64,000 nucleotides of DNA from Carcharhinus amblyrhynchos (GCA_965287045.1 OZ336883.1:30752001-30816000), one strand, 5' to 3'; shown: positions 24,905 to 38,850, numbered from the stretch's first letter. Translations and numbers: made by a program. The notes: generated by a model from the letters alone, not told the origin.

Positions 24905-26075
24905 AACAACAACAGCAAGATCTTATATTTATGTAGGGCTTTCAACAGAATGACACATCCCAAGATGCTTCACATGACCATAACAAAACTAAAGTATGAC
25001 ACCAAGTCACATTAGGTCAGATGGCCAAAATGTATCTCAAAGTTGTGGGGCTGGAAGAGGTTATAGAGACTGGGAAGGCAAGGCCATACACAGATTTCAA
25101 AACAAGTATGGGAATTTTAAAATCAAGACATTGCTTGACCACTGTGGGTCAGCGAGTATAGGGTGGTTAAGTAGCAGGCTTGCTGCAAGTTGAGAAACTG
25201 ACAGCAAAGTTTAGATGCCTTTAAGTTCAAATCCATGACTTCTACCACCTAGAAAGACAAGGGCAGCAGATGCATGGGACCACTACCACCTGGAAGTTCC
25301 CCTCCAAATTGCTCACCATCCTGACTTGGAGACATATCATCGTTCCTTCACTGTCGCTAGGTCAAAATCCTAGACTTCCCTCCCTAACAGCAACATGGGC
25401 ATATCAACAATGGATGAACTACAGCAGTTCAAGAAGGTAGCTTCTTGAGAGCAATTAAGGATGAGCAATAAAAAATGCTGGCTTAGCCAATGTTGCACAA
25501 TCTCATGAAAAGAATAAAAAATAGTTTAGACAGCAAAATGTGGGAGAGCAGCAAAAAGTTCATTGGTGTGGTCGAGTCTAGAGGTAACAAAGGCGTGAAT
25601 AAGAAAGAAGCAGCAGATGAGCGGAGACAGGGGCAAAAGTTGAGTAATGTTCCGGAGGTGTAATTAGTGGTCTCAGTGATGGCACAAATATGAGATCAGA
25701 AGCTCAGGTGTGACCCCAAGTTTGCAAACAGACTGGTTTAATCTCAGACCACTGGCAGGGAGAGGGATCCAGTCAGTAGTTAGGGAACAAAATTTGGAAC
25801 AGGAACCAAAAACAATGGCATCAGTTTTCCCAATTATTTAACTTGAGGAAATTTCTACTCATCCAGTACACGGTGTCAGAAAACCAATTTTTAATTTAGC
25901 AATAATGCAAGAGTTGAGAGAGGTGTTGATGATGCAGAGCTGGGTGCTGTCAGCGGACATGGGAAAATATTGTGCCTTCAGATCATGTTGCCGAGGGGTA
26001 GCATATACATGAGCAATAGGAAGGGGTCAAGGATAGATCCTTGAGGGACAGCAAAGATGTCAGTGCAGTAACAAT
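24905..26075 (-). mobile_element. L2 LINE RT fragment, interrupted by a plus-strand LINE tail at about 25228-25520
   Basis: Minus strand encodes decayed VPQGSILDP, YMLPLG, MSADSTQL and WMSRNFLKLN motifs (25840-26050), typical of L2. Confidence 0.75.
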
Positions 26076-26369
26076 CTAATAATCTTGATCTTTTAAGAAA
26101 ACTTGTGACTGTTGAAATCTGAATAATAGAAGATAGAAATAAACATATCAAGTGGTACCTGTAAAAAGAAAAGACAGGTTGAAGTTACAAGTGTGCATAT
26201 CTCTTTAGAACTGATGCCTAGCCTTTTGGTTTTCTGTTTTTGGACACATTGGTTTCCAAATCTGATGACGCTTGCAAATCATAAGCACTAACTTGTCTTT
26301 TCCCTTTACAGATGCTAACTGATCTGCTGTGTTTTCATGCTTATCCTGTTATTTAAATCTTAAACTTAC

Positions 26370-26536
26370 CTTGCAGTTTCCTAGTTAGTTCTAGTTTCTC
26401 TTGTTCAAGCCTGTGGATTCGCCTTTCATAAGCCTCTACTTGCAAACTGTTTTCCAAATCTATTCGTACATCTGCATCCCCATCAATTGAACCTGATTGC
26501 ATAACATGTTTCAAAGAAGTTCTGTCTGATAAAGGA
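26370..26536 (-). CDS. CDC42BPB: MRCK-beta exon 10 (167 nt): [16 protein letters not shown]...[29 protein letters not shown]
   Basis: Within ORF 26353..26610; tttcag acceptor, GTAAG donor; start of coiled coil. Confidence 0.95.
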
Positions 26537-26629
26537 CTGAAACAACAAATCACATTACTCATTGTTGCATTCAAAATATCAGATAACTTGATTAAGCATT
26601 GACAATTCAATGAACATAGTCATGCAACC

Positions 26630-27125
26630 CAGCAAAGAAATAAAGCTCACATTCAATAAACGCTTTTCAAAACCTCAAGTGTCACAAAATGCTTCAACTT
26701 TGAGATGTAATCAATGTTGTAACATAGTGAAATATGGCAAATAATTAATGGGCATAAAGATCCCACTAAAATAAATGACCAGATTACCTGTCTTACTGAT
26801 TTGAGTTATGGGATACATGCTATCCATGGGACTGGGAGAACTTCCTACTCTTTGAATAGTGTCGTGGGATCTTTTGCACCTAGTTGAAGGGGGGAGCCAG
26901 GACAATGGTTTAATATTGCATCGGAAAATCAGCATCTCCCACAGTGTAACAATCCCTCAGTATCTCACTGAAGTGTCAGTCTAGGGTGGCATGGATAAGT
27001 TGGGCCGAATGGCTTGTTTCCATGCTGTAAATCTCTATGACTCTGTGCTCAAACTGCTGGAATAGTAGTTTAACAAAGGATCTTTTTATTGGAGCAAGAA
27101 TGCTTTCACTGTGTCATCGGTGACT
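26630..27125 (-). mobile_element. DeuSINE (SacSINE1-like) with a short CR1 tail inserted at about 26985-27042
   Basis: gggagaacttcctactctttgaatagtgtcgtgggatctttt and ccctcagtatctcactgaagtgtcag are reverse-complement Deu-domain blocks. Confidence 0.65.
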
Positions 27126-27489
27126 CTTACTAGAATGTGTCAAGATCACTCGAAATTAGACAATGAATGTTGAATCAAATTCTATACTGATCAAGAGCTG
27201 AATGAAAAAATATTCAGATCTGATGACTCGGCCAACTTAACACATTCAAATCCATGTCACTCATTTTGTTGTGCAGTTTACTACCAGCTGTGAAAAATAA
27301 TATAATGCACCAGATGCTGTTGCACCTGACATTTATTGGACAATAAATGTATTTTCAACAGGTTGAACAACATAGTTGATTCACTTAACTGCATGGCTCA
27401 TTCCAATTTAAAGTTATATTTTAACTAAATGTTGGTACTCAATTTGTGTTAAATTAAACAAGAACATATCCAACTCAACATATTAAACA

Positions 27490-27770
27490 AGTGAGCAGCT
27501 GAGACAGGAAGACGAGGAAGATTCAGGTTTGATTCCTGTCTTGTTCTCAGTAAGTTGATCAAAGGCAAGGTTTTTGGCTCGAGACCTTTGGGCTAGGGGG
27601 AAGGAATATCAGCCAGGTTCCTGCACTGGATCACACTACATGCTCAAAGTGCTTTGTGGACATCAAGGAAGGATTGGTTAAACTTACCAATAATCCCCTA
27701 CCTTGGCTAAATGGTCTCACACATCAAATATGACTTGGGTGAGATATGGGATTGTTTGGAATCCTGAACC
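27490..27770 (+). mobile_element. Ancient SINE, MamSINE1-like
   Basis: caggtttgattcct, gggctagggggaaggaatatcagccaggttcctgc and gacttgggtgagatat match the recalled MamSINE1 layout. Confidence 0.5.
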
Positions 27771-28075
27771 ATCAAAAGGTCAATTGCTCAAAAGAAAATT
27801 AGTTTTTGTGAACCATCAGCTTATACCATTTGATGCAAACTTAAAGCTCTTTAAGGGAACAGTTTACACTAGATTAGTTATGCTTACAATAAGGTGCGGT
27901 TTGTTTCAATTGTTGAGCATTTTCATAATATTCTGAATGGAAAACAAAGTAAAGACTTCTTAAGCTGTTTTTCAGAAGCTGATATAGTTATGATCCATTT
28001 GTTAACAACTGTGGATTGTTTACTATAGTACATGTAGTCACACAAAAAAGTGCAGCATTTTAATAAAGTGCCTAC

Positions 28076-28155
28076 CTGCTGGTGGTAAATGTGAAGCCTA
28101 CAAATGGCAGATGCAGTCCAGAAAAAGCAGTGTGAGTAGCTGGAGGCACCAATTC
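28076..28155 (-). CDS. CDC42BPB: MRCK-beta exon 9 (80 nt): ELVPPATHTAFSGLHLPFVGFTFTTS, AGC hydrophobic motif
   Basis: cctag acceptor, GTAGG donor; FVGFTFT hydrophobic motif; phase 0-2 fits the neighbouring exons. Confidence 0.94.
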
Positions 28156-28931
28156 CTAGGACAATCAAAATCATTAAGTATAAATGGAGGGCTTTTAATT
28201 CAATAAATTGTGACAATTTAATGATTTAAAATCAACTCTGAACACTAGCCATAAAATAGCAAAGTTAATTAAAATGTAGAAATAAAATAATTGTGTTGTC
28301 TACCTCAAAATTAGAACTGTATAAGTATTTCTGCAAAATAGGGCTGCTAGTTCTGGTCAGTTCAAGCACAGATTTACCTTGATGCTCAGTGGGAGCACAC
28401 ATTGAGCCAGCTCGTAATAAACAGAAGTTGGCTAAACCCTTCCAAGTCTACTCCTTGTTCTATGCTAAAATACTTTAGCTGAAGGAAGCCCAACTTTAAA
28501 GCTTGGAAGACATTGGGAAAGCAGCAAGGTTCATGGAAGTCCAATTTCAGAATTCAATCGGTGGACTTGTTAAGGATATGGGTGAGAAAGCTATCTGACG
28601 AATCTTGACTCATCCATCTGCAAAGAACCCAGAGATCCAATCTCCCTCTCCTATCACAACACACCACTGTTTGTTAAAATACTTTTCTCTAAAACAATTT
28701 TTGCCTCACGATGTTACTGAGAATTCCTAATAGTGCACTATTCTGTAGTTTTAAATTAGCCTGAGGTGTTTCATTCAATGTCCCCTTGCCCAATTCAAAA
28801 CTAATGCCAATATAGGTTTTCATGCTGAACTGGCAAATTACATTTCAATTATTAACAAATTCTTTCTCAAGGTAAACCAGATTTGACAGTCCTGTTAGTT
28901 ACACTGCTTCTCTCGTTAAAGAACAAAAACA

Positions 28932-29228
28932 GGGTGGCACAGTGGTTAGCATTGCTCCCTCACGCCTCCAGGAACCCGGGTTCAATTCCAGCCTTGGATC
29001 ACTGTCTGGTTGGAGTTTGCACATTCTCCCTGTGTGTGTTTCCTCCCTCAGTCCAAAGGTGTGCAGGTTAAGTTGATTGGCCACGCTCAATTGCCCCTTA
29101 GCGTCAGGAAGACTAGCAGGATAAATGTGTGTGGGGTCACGGGAATAGGACCTGGATGAGATTGTTTTTGGTGCAGGCTTCATAGGTCAAATACCTCTTT
29201 CTGCATTGTAGGGATTATATTATTCTAC
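28932..29228 (+). mobile_element. HE1-type V-SINE
   Basis: gggtggcacagtggttagcattgct...cccgggttcaattcc...ggagtttgcacattctccc...tgtagggattat. Confidence 0.9.
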
Positions 29229-30194
29229 GAGGCCCAGTTTTATTGCAAGGTTGAAAGGAAAAGTAGAGTTTTTGATTGGTCAAAATATGGAAGTACTGCT
29301 GATTAATCTTCCATAGAAATTTTAAGATCATTTTTGATGGGGTGGTTTGGGAGGGTGGGTTGAAAAAGAGTGAACTTCAAATGAGTTACACAATGCTAAT
29401 GGTTGTGACAAGTATTGCATAAAGTAAGCAGAAACAATCAAAATTTAATTTAAAAATGATTAGGCTCATTTTTCATTTCTAATTATTTTGTTCCCAAGTA
29501 GCCCTCTATTCTGAATTTCACACAATGTAAATAACGTTCTGTGCTTTACAAATTGGCTTTGCTTCAAAATTGCATTTCTGATCAATTAAAGCCACATAAA
29601 TTATTTCAGGAAAACACAAGGATCGTACCTACATACATTAGCGACACCAAGATATTTAGATGTATAATAATCATCCTAAAACTTGAGTTTTTAATAATTC
29701 AAATTATATTAATTGCATCACACATTTTAAGTAACTGGAAACTGTATTAAGTGTTCTACAGATGGACGTCAATATTTTGAGAAAAATCAATGGAATAACC
29801 AGATGTCTACGAACAAAAACAGTCTAAACTTCCAGATGGTCACAGATTTTAATCCAAAAGCTGCCTGACAACTAAATGAGCTTCCGATGAATTTAGAGGG
29901 GTCTTGGTCACATCATTAAATAAACCATCTAGCAGTGGTAACGCCAAAGGCCTGTGACTCACCAGACCTTTCTTCCTGCTGCTGCAATTTTGGGAGTAAA
30001 ACAACATTTGGAAAAGAAGAGGAAGTGAGGGAAAAGTGTTATCATAAGGGTGGTAGTTCTATGAAATGACACACAAGTACGGCTAAAAATCAAAAAATAT
30101 GTCTCATTTATAGTCAAATGGTACCACTGGATGTTACATTTTAAGCTATTCCGACTTAGAACATTTAGTAATCCACTAAAACTGAAGTACTAAC

Positions 30195-30443
30195 TGGATT
30201 TTTGAGAACATCATCATCTACATCAAAGTTTGAAGTGTCTGTTGGACTGCTGACTTCAGGAATATAAGGTGCTTCAATATTTCTAATATTGTCCCAATCA
30301 ATCCCTTTGAAAAATGAATGTTTTCTGAAATCTTCCATTCCATTTTTTCCAATGCGATGTTCTCTACTACAGATTAATCGCTGTATCAAGTCCCTGGCTT
30401 CATCAGATACATCAGTGATATGTGATGGAAACTGGAATCGTTC
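30195..30443 (-). CDS. CDC42BPB: MRCK-beta exon 8 (249 nt): [25 protein letters not shown]...[14 protein letters not shown]
   Basis: Overlaps ORF 30165..30389; gacag acceptor, GTTAGT donor; end of kinase domain and AGC tail (NFD motif). Confidence 0.96.
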
Positions 30444-30971
30444 CTGTCAAAGATGCAAACTAGATGTTACTGACAATGTCATCCAAATAAATAGTTAAAT
30501 GGTATTGTTTTCATATACAAGACAGAGTTCTAGTTGTACAGACGTATTCCCTGAAAAAGAAATTAGCTTAGAAACAAAGTTTTATTCTGCTTTCAAAGAA
30601 CAAAGAACAACACAGCACGGGAAACAGGCCCTTCGGCCCAACGAGCCCACGCTGCCATCTTAATGTATTTTTCCTACCTCCCTTGACCCGTGTCTATGCT
30701 TATGGTATCCCCATTAACATTTCCTTGAGTATATGTTGTTTTCATTATATTTTTCTTATCAGAATTCTAGATACGTGATTATCAGAACTGGGCGCAAGAT
30801 ACATTGAACAACCCTAATGGCATGCTCAAAATAAAATCAATTTAAACATGCGGTAAGCATATCACCAGCTTGTCATAATGTACTGCATTACCAAGTGATA
30901 CAAAGTCATCCTCTTCCTACAAAGTGAATGGCTGTGTTTCACTGCAAATAGTTTAATCATAACATAAATTA

Positions 30972-31208
<237 letters not shown>

Positions 31209-31316
31209 CTAAAGACAAAAAAGTACACCTGAAACCTGCATATCTGTGCATGTTTTACTTTAACCAAGAAAATGCAGCAACAAAACGTTATTGATTTAAA
31301 CATTCATCTCCAGATA

Positions 31317-32403
31317 CAGTGAAACCCCGATTTTATGCGCCCCAATTTAGCGTGAATTCGGAAATAACGCGATGAATCATTGGACCTTTTTTTTGCTCTT
31401 TCTGGGGAACCGACAAGTTTTTCGTGAGTTAATTTCATGTTTTCTTAGATCGAAATGGAACAAACTGCTAAGAATCTTTTTCTGTGAAAGATAAGCTTCA
31501 CGCACTTGACGTGATCAAGACAAAGTCAAACTCAAGTTGCATCGGAATCAACACTTCGTGCTGGAAATCTCAGGAGAAAAGTTGCTTTGCAAAGTTGAAG
31601 AAGGAGGCCTGAATGTGAAGGAAGTTTGCACTTGGGTCAGAAAGCCTGGGCAGCACTCAGCTCATCATGTGTAGAGAATTGCTGGGAAAAAGGGTCTGGT
31701 GCCAGCCTTTTCATCACGCCAATGCACCGTGGAAGATGATGACAAGCCAGATTTTTACAGCTTCACAGAGGAAAATGTGCATGAGGCAGAGAAGCTGTCT
31801 GAATGCAGCAAAGAAGAGCTACACCAGTAGCACGCTGCCAACGACAAATGCCCAACATATGAGCATCTGACCGATGCCAAGATCATCCATAACATAACTA
31901 TAGCAGCAGTAGAGGCATGTGTACTGGTTCTCGAGTCACAAGAAGATAATAAATGAAGAGCCTCCAGCCCCAAAAGTGTCTGAAGCCATTGAACACCTTG
32001 AGGCTAGCCTCCACTGGCTGGAGACTCAGGACATGGACCGCATAAAATTCCTCCAACTCAGAAGTATTCTAGATTTTGCTCGCAGCCAGCAAAATGCTAC
32101 GTTCAATCAAGTAACACTCAATCACTTTTTAAAGAAATAAACTGTTGTTGTTTTGTTTTATTAAGAAGCTTTACTAAAAATTAATTTGTGTTTTAATTTC
32201 TACTGTAACAACAATTTATTCACAGAATTCTTTAATTAAAAGATAATTTACTTGCCAGATGGTAAATGCACAAAAAAGGGTCAAATAGGGTATTAATAGG
32301 GGTTTGAATGCTGATTTTCTTGAACCCCAATTTAGCATGACCCCATTTTTTCACAATAACATTTTATGGACCCTAACCATTGCGTTATAATGGGGCCGCA
32401 CTG
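31317..32403 (+). mobile_element. Internally deleted Tigger/pogo (Tc1-mariner superfamily) DNA transposon
   Basis: Imperfect TIRs CAGTGAAACCCCGATTTTATGCG / TGCGTTATAATGGGGCCGCACTG, TA duplicated on both sides (31315-16, 32404-05); N-terminal HTH remnant (SVKDKLHALDVIK) and C-terminal ORF 31919..32140. Confidence 0.85.
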
Positions 32404-33396
32404 TATTTAATGAAAAGGGTCAACTAGTACATCCCATCTTCACAAATATTATAAAGTGAAAAACACTGACTTTCACTTGTCATTGCGAAGCTATTTTTAA
32501 TTAATTCTTGGAATGTGAGCATTGTTGGCAAGGCCAGCATTTGGTATCCATCCATAATTGCCCAGGAGAAAGTGATGAGCCACCTTTTTTGAACCTCTGT
32601 GGTACAAGGGCATTCACTGATGTTAGAAAAGGAGCTCTAAGTTTTTGATCCAATGATAGAGTTCCATATCAGGACTGTGTGAGTGTCTTAGAGGGGGACT
32701 TGCAGGTGAGCGTTTTCCCCAAGTGGCTGCTGCTCATGTCCTTCTGAGTGGCTGAACTGTCAGCTTTGGACAATGCTGTGACATTGGCATGGCTGTTTGC
32801 TGCAGTGCATGTGGATGATATGCATGGTTGCAACAGTGCAGGTTGGTTGTTTAAGGTGGAGGATGTTTGCACAATTATTATAAAGCACCATTGTATAACT
32901 AAACAACAAAATACAGTTCCAGAATCTCTCTCATTCCCTCACCCATTCTGTGCTTATCAAAATCTCAATCAGCTTAGCTGTTCTCTAGAGTTACTGGTTT
33001 TCATCAGATTAGAAGAGAAATTCTGAACTAAGATTTTACAGAAGCTTTTTAATGCTGTTGTTTGGCAGACATCAGTCATAGGAAATCATGTTTATAAGAA
33101 GACAGAACAAATTGTTAAGTTTTGAGTTTCAAAATGATTACAACCGGACACTAAAAGAAGTAAACAGATTTAGTTAAGATTACCAAAAATGAGTGACATT
33201 AAAAAAAATTGGGAAATTACCAAAACTTTGCAGATGTTTTGTTTGAGAACAACAAAAAGTTGTTTGTACTCCACACTAATATAGTATGCATTGTAATATA
33301 TTTCATGTCCTGTGATACAAATAACTATTTCCTGAATGTTACTAGGATACACAGTAAACACTGTTCCAATGTAGTTGTTCTTCAAATATGTATCTA

Positions 33397-33537
<141 letters not shown>

Positions 33538-33597
33538 TTACCAATTTTTGAGGGGACAGGAAAGGGAAACTCGCGCACAAATAATGATCTTGATTAT

Positions 33598-33777
33598 CAA
33601 AGCAAATTACTGCAGACGCGAGAGTCTGAAACAAACACAGAAAATGCTGGTAAATCTCAGCAGGTCTGACAGCATTTGTTAAATGTTGAGTCTGGATCGG
33701 CCAATTGGCTCTATTCTCTCTGCACAGATGCTGTCAGGCCTGCTGAGATTTTCCAGCTTTTTTTTGTTTTCATACTT
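33598..33777. mobile_element. Family A palindromic element, centre deleted
   Basis: Inverted arms aaatctcagcaggtctgacagcat / atgctgtcaggcctgctgagattt; flanking repeat atcttgattat / atgttgattat (33587-33597, 33778-33788). Confidence 0.75.
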
Positions 33778-33931
33778 ATGTTGATTATTTATCTGAAATC
33801 TCCCAGTTTCTTCAGCAAACCATTCCCAATTCATATGTATAAAAAGATATCATTGATATTTATATAAATCAAGAGAAAGTTTGATATAGAAATAAAAACA
33901 GCGCTGTAAAAGTGCAACAGGTCTGGCACCA

Positions 33932-34208
33932 TTGAATCCCAGAGAGCAGGAGTTGGGCATTCAGCCCATCAAGTTTGCACCGGCCACAATCCCACCCAGA
34001 CCCTATCTCCATAACGCCATGCATTTCCCCTAGCTAGTCCCCTGACACTAATTTAGTGTGGCCAATCCATCTAATCGGTGCATGTTTAGACTGGGAGGAA
34101 ACCAGAGCACCTGGAGGAAACACATGCAGACACAGGGAGAATGTCCAAACTCCACATAAAGACAAGCCAGGAATTGAACCCGGGTCCCTGGCACTAACCT
34201 GTTGTGCC
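33932..34208 (-). mobile_element. HE1-type V-SINE
   Basis: ggaattgaacccgggtccctggcac, gggagaatgtccaaactccac and gtggccaatccatctaa on + are reverse-complement HE1 blocks. Confidence 0.88.
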
Positions 34209-35682
34209 AACGTGGAGAGAGAGAAAACTTTCCATGTCCAAAGACCCTTTCCAACGATATTAATGCAAGATTGCTTTGAACAGTATCACCTTACACTGTG
34301 TTTACATTGTTTTGAAGTTACTGTGCTTAATTTTTAAAATATATTTTTGATTACTGCATGCAATTTTGTAAAAATGCAAGCCTTTAGAGTGATTGGCTAT
34401 TATTCATAGTATGCTAGCTGGTAAACTTTCCTTAAATCAGTAAGGAAGGGCAGAATACATGTCACAATGAAAGTTTTTTTTATTGCTCTGTCAAGCTTCT
34501 CTAGAATTTTGTTTTGTCAAAGGGGCTTCAATCTTCCCACAGTTATTTTACCTTTACCCCTATCCCACTTTCCCTACCACTCGTGTCTCAGTACATTTCC
34601 TTAGACAATGTTTTTCCAGTACCATTACAAAGGGTAGCCTTGCTTCAGGTTCAACAGCAGGTTATATATTCAACTTTCTAAAATTAATTCTTGGGATGTG
34701 AGCTTAACTGGTAAAGCCAGCATCTGCTGCCCAGCCCTAACTACCCTTGAAAAGGCAATAAGCCACTTTCCTGAACTGTTGCAGTTTATGTAGTTGGTTA
34801 CCCCTACCACACCCACAGCAATCAAAGCAACTCAAGCAATTCAATTAAATTCAACCCTATGGTTGCACGACAGAAAGGTATCGACACAGTCCTGTCCCTT
34901 ACATGATTCTGAGCCTCAATGGGGTACTTAGGTGAGGGAATTTATACATGATTCCTACAGTATAGGCACTAAAGTACTGGTTTGTAATTTTAAGTCAATA
35001 TCTCTTTCAATCTCCTGCTCACACTCGTTTTACCTGCTGAATTTGTTTGTGTATGTTTATTACATGTCTACATTCTGCAGTAGTTCATGTAGGCCTGCCT
35101 CCTTGCCTTGCCCCATGTTTACGGAGCGGTGTCTGTCCCTCAACCAAAAACAATCAATTCTCTCTCTCTCATCTAATGGACAGAAATGCCCACAGACCTT
35201 TGTGGACTACAGCTATTTAGCTTGCATCAAAAAATTCGTAAAGACTGAATAAAGTCATAGTGTGATTCAGCTTTTAGGCCACAAACTTATTTCTTATATA
35301 AAAAAATCATTACTATGTAGTACGGGTACATCCACTGTGCTGTTAAGTAGGAAATTGAACTGTGTGAGCAATTCAAGCAGTTGGGTACAGAGCAGACATG
35401 GGAATTCTGATCCATTTTTACACCCTCTCCAAACCCAAGATTCTAAACTAAGCTGATCCTTCAACTAATCTCAACTCAAAATAACAAAATTAGTGACCTG
35501 AAGTCAACTATGTCAACTGAGATTAGTAGAGATCAGGTATCGAGTTTACAATCTTCAGGGCCTGCATCAATGCCATCCAAACCATTATATTCAACCAGTG
35601 AAATGGATAGAAAACCTGGTCCTGATCCAGGTTAATTCACAGCATTTTTTTTGAATATCTAATTAGACTGTTACATCAAACA

Positions 35683-35918
35683 GGTGGCACGGTGGCATAG
35701 TGGTTAACACTGCTGCTTCACAGTGCCAGAGACCGGGATTCGATTCCAGCCTTGGATGACTATCTGTGTGAAGTTTGCACATTCTTCTCATGGGTTTCCT
35801 CTAGATATTCCGGCTTCCTTGCACAGTCCAAAGATGTGCAGGTTAGGTGGATTGGCCATGCTAAATTTGCCCCTTCTAGTACCAAGATGTGTAGGTTAGG
35901 TGGATTAGCCATGGTAAA
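35683..35918 (+). mobile_element. HE1-type V-SINE, 3' truncated
   Basis: ggtggcacggtggcatagtggttaacactgctg...ttcgattccagc...cagtccaaagatgtgcaggttaggtggattggccatgctaaattt. Confidence 0.88.
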
Positions 35919-37762
35919 TCAGAAGAAATCATTGCTGAACTAAAAGCTGCACCTATTCTATGATGTATATAAATTTAGCATTGATAGGGAGTGAACCATT
36001 TTATTCAGAAATTTTCTTGTAATTCCCATGAAGTCAGCAGGCTCTGAATGAAATAGAAGTTTTTTTTTCCATGGTCTTTTTGAAGAGCTGATATAAATAG
36101 CGGGTCACTCATTCACACAACAGGAATATCTGCGCCAGAAGTAAACCTGGTGGTCAGATCTGTGACTTTTCTCTCCTGAGGCTTGCTTTTGTAAAGCCAT
36201 TTCTTTTGAAGTTAACAGTTTTTGACCTTAATGATCAGTAGTTGCTGGTATCATTATAGCTTGTTTCTTCTCGCACTCAACAGTAATTGAAAGTTACTTT
36301 AGCACCTTTCCCACTACAATAAAAAGGGTGCAAATCACAAGTCCTGTAGAGAGTTTAGCCAAAATCCTAATTAAAACATGCACTCAAGTGCCATTACTGA
36401 AAAGGTTGCAGTGCTACTGTAGTATTGCTACTGAAACTAAACTTTTGTTTAATCATCAAATTTAAAAGGTTCAATCAGACTGAAAACTAAATTTAACTTG
36501 AAAGCTCTTTAATTCAATTTGCAAATCTGCAGCAAAGTTGCTAGACCGTCAGAATTGTATAAACAATTAATGCAATGCACTGCATGCTGTTCACAACCAT
36601 ACAGGCACAAATGTTCTTCACATCTGCTATCTTGATGTGTATGGATTGAACTGTTCCCGAGGTCTGAATTCCAAATAAGGCTCCAACAGCAAACATAAAA
36701 TTACATGGCTGCAATTTAAATTTACTATAAGTTATTTTTACTTGTCTAAATTGTGGTGAAATAAAATGAGAATCTTATTTTCTTAAGCAAAAATGTTATT
36801 TTTATTTTATGCATAACATTCTGCCACTTACGAAATTCTCATTAGTGCAGTCTTCCATGAAATGTTTGTTTATAAAACTCATACTTTTCTCATTCTGGCT
36901 TCTCTTCTGTAACCCAGGCCACACATTCCAGTGTTGCATTCTGTATGGTTGGTTTTGTTCCAGATTTAAATTTGTATTGCACAGTACTCTTATACAGGTT
37001 TACATAGAGCCCAGAGCACAATGTTTAATACATCATTTCAAAACTCCTGGTCATTGAAGCAAGCTCTGGGGAAGCCTGACACTTAACCACCACACCTAAA
37101 AAATGTTGAGTTAATTTTGCATTCATAATGTATTCATTCTTCCCTTGCATTTTTTCCCACTCTCTCCCTTGATCGAAAGCTATTAAATTGCTAGGTTCTC
37201 TCATTTTGGTGATTGGCCACAGATTTGAAACATTAACTCTATTTATTTTGCCTGAGATCTGCCAAACGTAAGTATTTCCAGCATTTTCTAATTTCGGTTA
37301 GATTGTATAACTGAATATAATTCTGATCATTTTAGCAGAGGTGAAAACAAAACTTGACAAAGAAGAAAACCCAGATAAAAACAAACAGAAATTGAACAAG
37401 AAGGTTTATACCTTCCACTTCAAAACTGGAAAAGGAGAGAGAGCGAATGTTAGGTTATGGTTGTGGGTAGGGCAGGGGAACTTAAATAAGGCAAGCTAAA
37501 CAAAACGTTTTGTTCTTTTCACATTTATTCCTGTAGCAATGTCTTTGGTCTAATACTTGGCAGGTTTATCACTGAAATGTTATTTCATTCAGCACCAGTG
37601 TAATATGAAACGCCCTGGAACCTGCTGGTAATCTTAGCTCTTACATCTGAAGCATTTGTGCAGACTTGATGGGCCAAATGGCCTCTTCTACACAGTAGGG
37701 ATTCTATGGTTCTAAGTACCGAGCTCCTTTATTGTCCCTACGCTGAATTATTTTAAACACCT

Positions 37763-38050
37763 GGGGACGGCACAGTGACAAGCATTGCTGCCTCACAGCA
37801 TCAGGGATTCAGGTTCAATTCCAGCCTCGGGTCACTGTGTGGAGTCTGCATATTCTTCCCGCGTCTGCGTGATTTTCCTCCCACAGTCCAAAGATGTGTG
37901 GGTTAGGTTGATTGGCCATGCAAAATTGCCCTTACCGTCAGGGGGACTAACAGGGTAAACATGTGGGGTTATTTGGATAGAGCCTGGGTGGGATTGTTGT
38001 TGATACAGGCTTGATGGGCCGAATGGCCTCCTTCTGCATGCAGAGATTTT
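37763..38050 (+). mobile_element. HE1-type V-SINE (a separate HE1 tail fragment lies at 37655-37713)
   Basis: tgctgcctcacagcatcaggg...gtggagtctgcatattcttccc...gatgggccgaatggcctccttctgca. Confidence 0.88.
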
Positions 38051-38214
38051 AGGTACTGTGTTTTGTAGGATATCAGTTATATACCATAGCACAAAATACT
38101 GGGAATCATGGTTCAAAATACAGTGTGAAATTGACTTGTGAAGTATGCACATAAATCCTGTATCAACACGATTAACTGCCTTATTGATTTAAGAAATTAA
38201 AAGTAACGATTCTG

Positions 38215-38850
38215 GCTGTGAAACAAAATACTTCCAATGCTGAAAATCTGAAATAAAAGTAAACAAAAATGTTAGAAATAACCCATGGGTCATGCAGCAT
38301 CTTTGGTGAGAGAAATACAGTTAACTTTTTGGGTCAATGAAATTCTGACAAAAGACCATCAACCTGAAATGTTAATTGTGTTTCTCTCTCCATGGATGTT
38401 ACCTGACCTGCTCGAGTACTTCCTACTTCTATTCCAGATTGTGCTGGCCAGTTTTAGTACTGAAGTCAATTAATGATTTAATATGAAATCCAGACATTGT
38501 AGTTCAATAAACAAACATAATTCTAACCTATAAAGTATCCACTGTTAGATTATGCAAAAATTTTCAAAAGCAAAATACCGTGAACGCTGGAAATCCGAGA
38601 GGAAAACAGAAAATGCTGGAAATGCTCAGTAGGACTGGCTCCAACCGTGTAGAGAGAAACAGGGTTAATGTCTCATTCAAACTGATGAAATGTCTTAGTC
38701 CTGAAAAGTTAACTCTGTTAACACTTCAAAATGATTTTATTGGCAGCGAAGTGCTTTGAGACATCTAGTGATCATGAATGTACTATGCAAGTACAAGCTT
38801 TCTTTATACAGATGCTGCTTGGTCTGCTGAGCATTTCCAGTATTTTCTAT
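38215..38850. mobile_element. Two older family A palindromic elements (about 38215-38440 and 38565-38850)
   Basis: gcagcatct..gagagaaa..agttaac arms with cores ttCTGACAA..cctGAAAtgttaa (38343-38376) and aaCTGATGA..cctGAAAagttaac (38680-38713). Confidence 0.6.
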
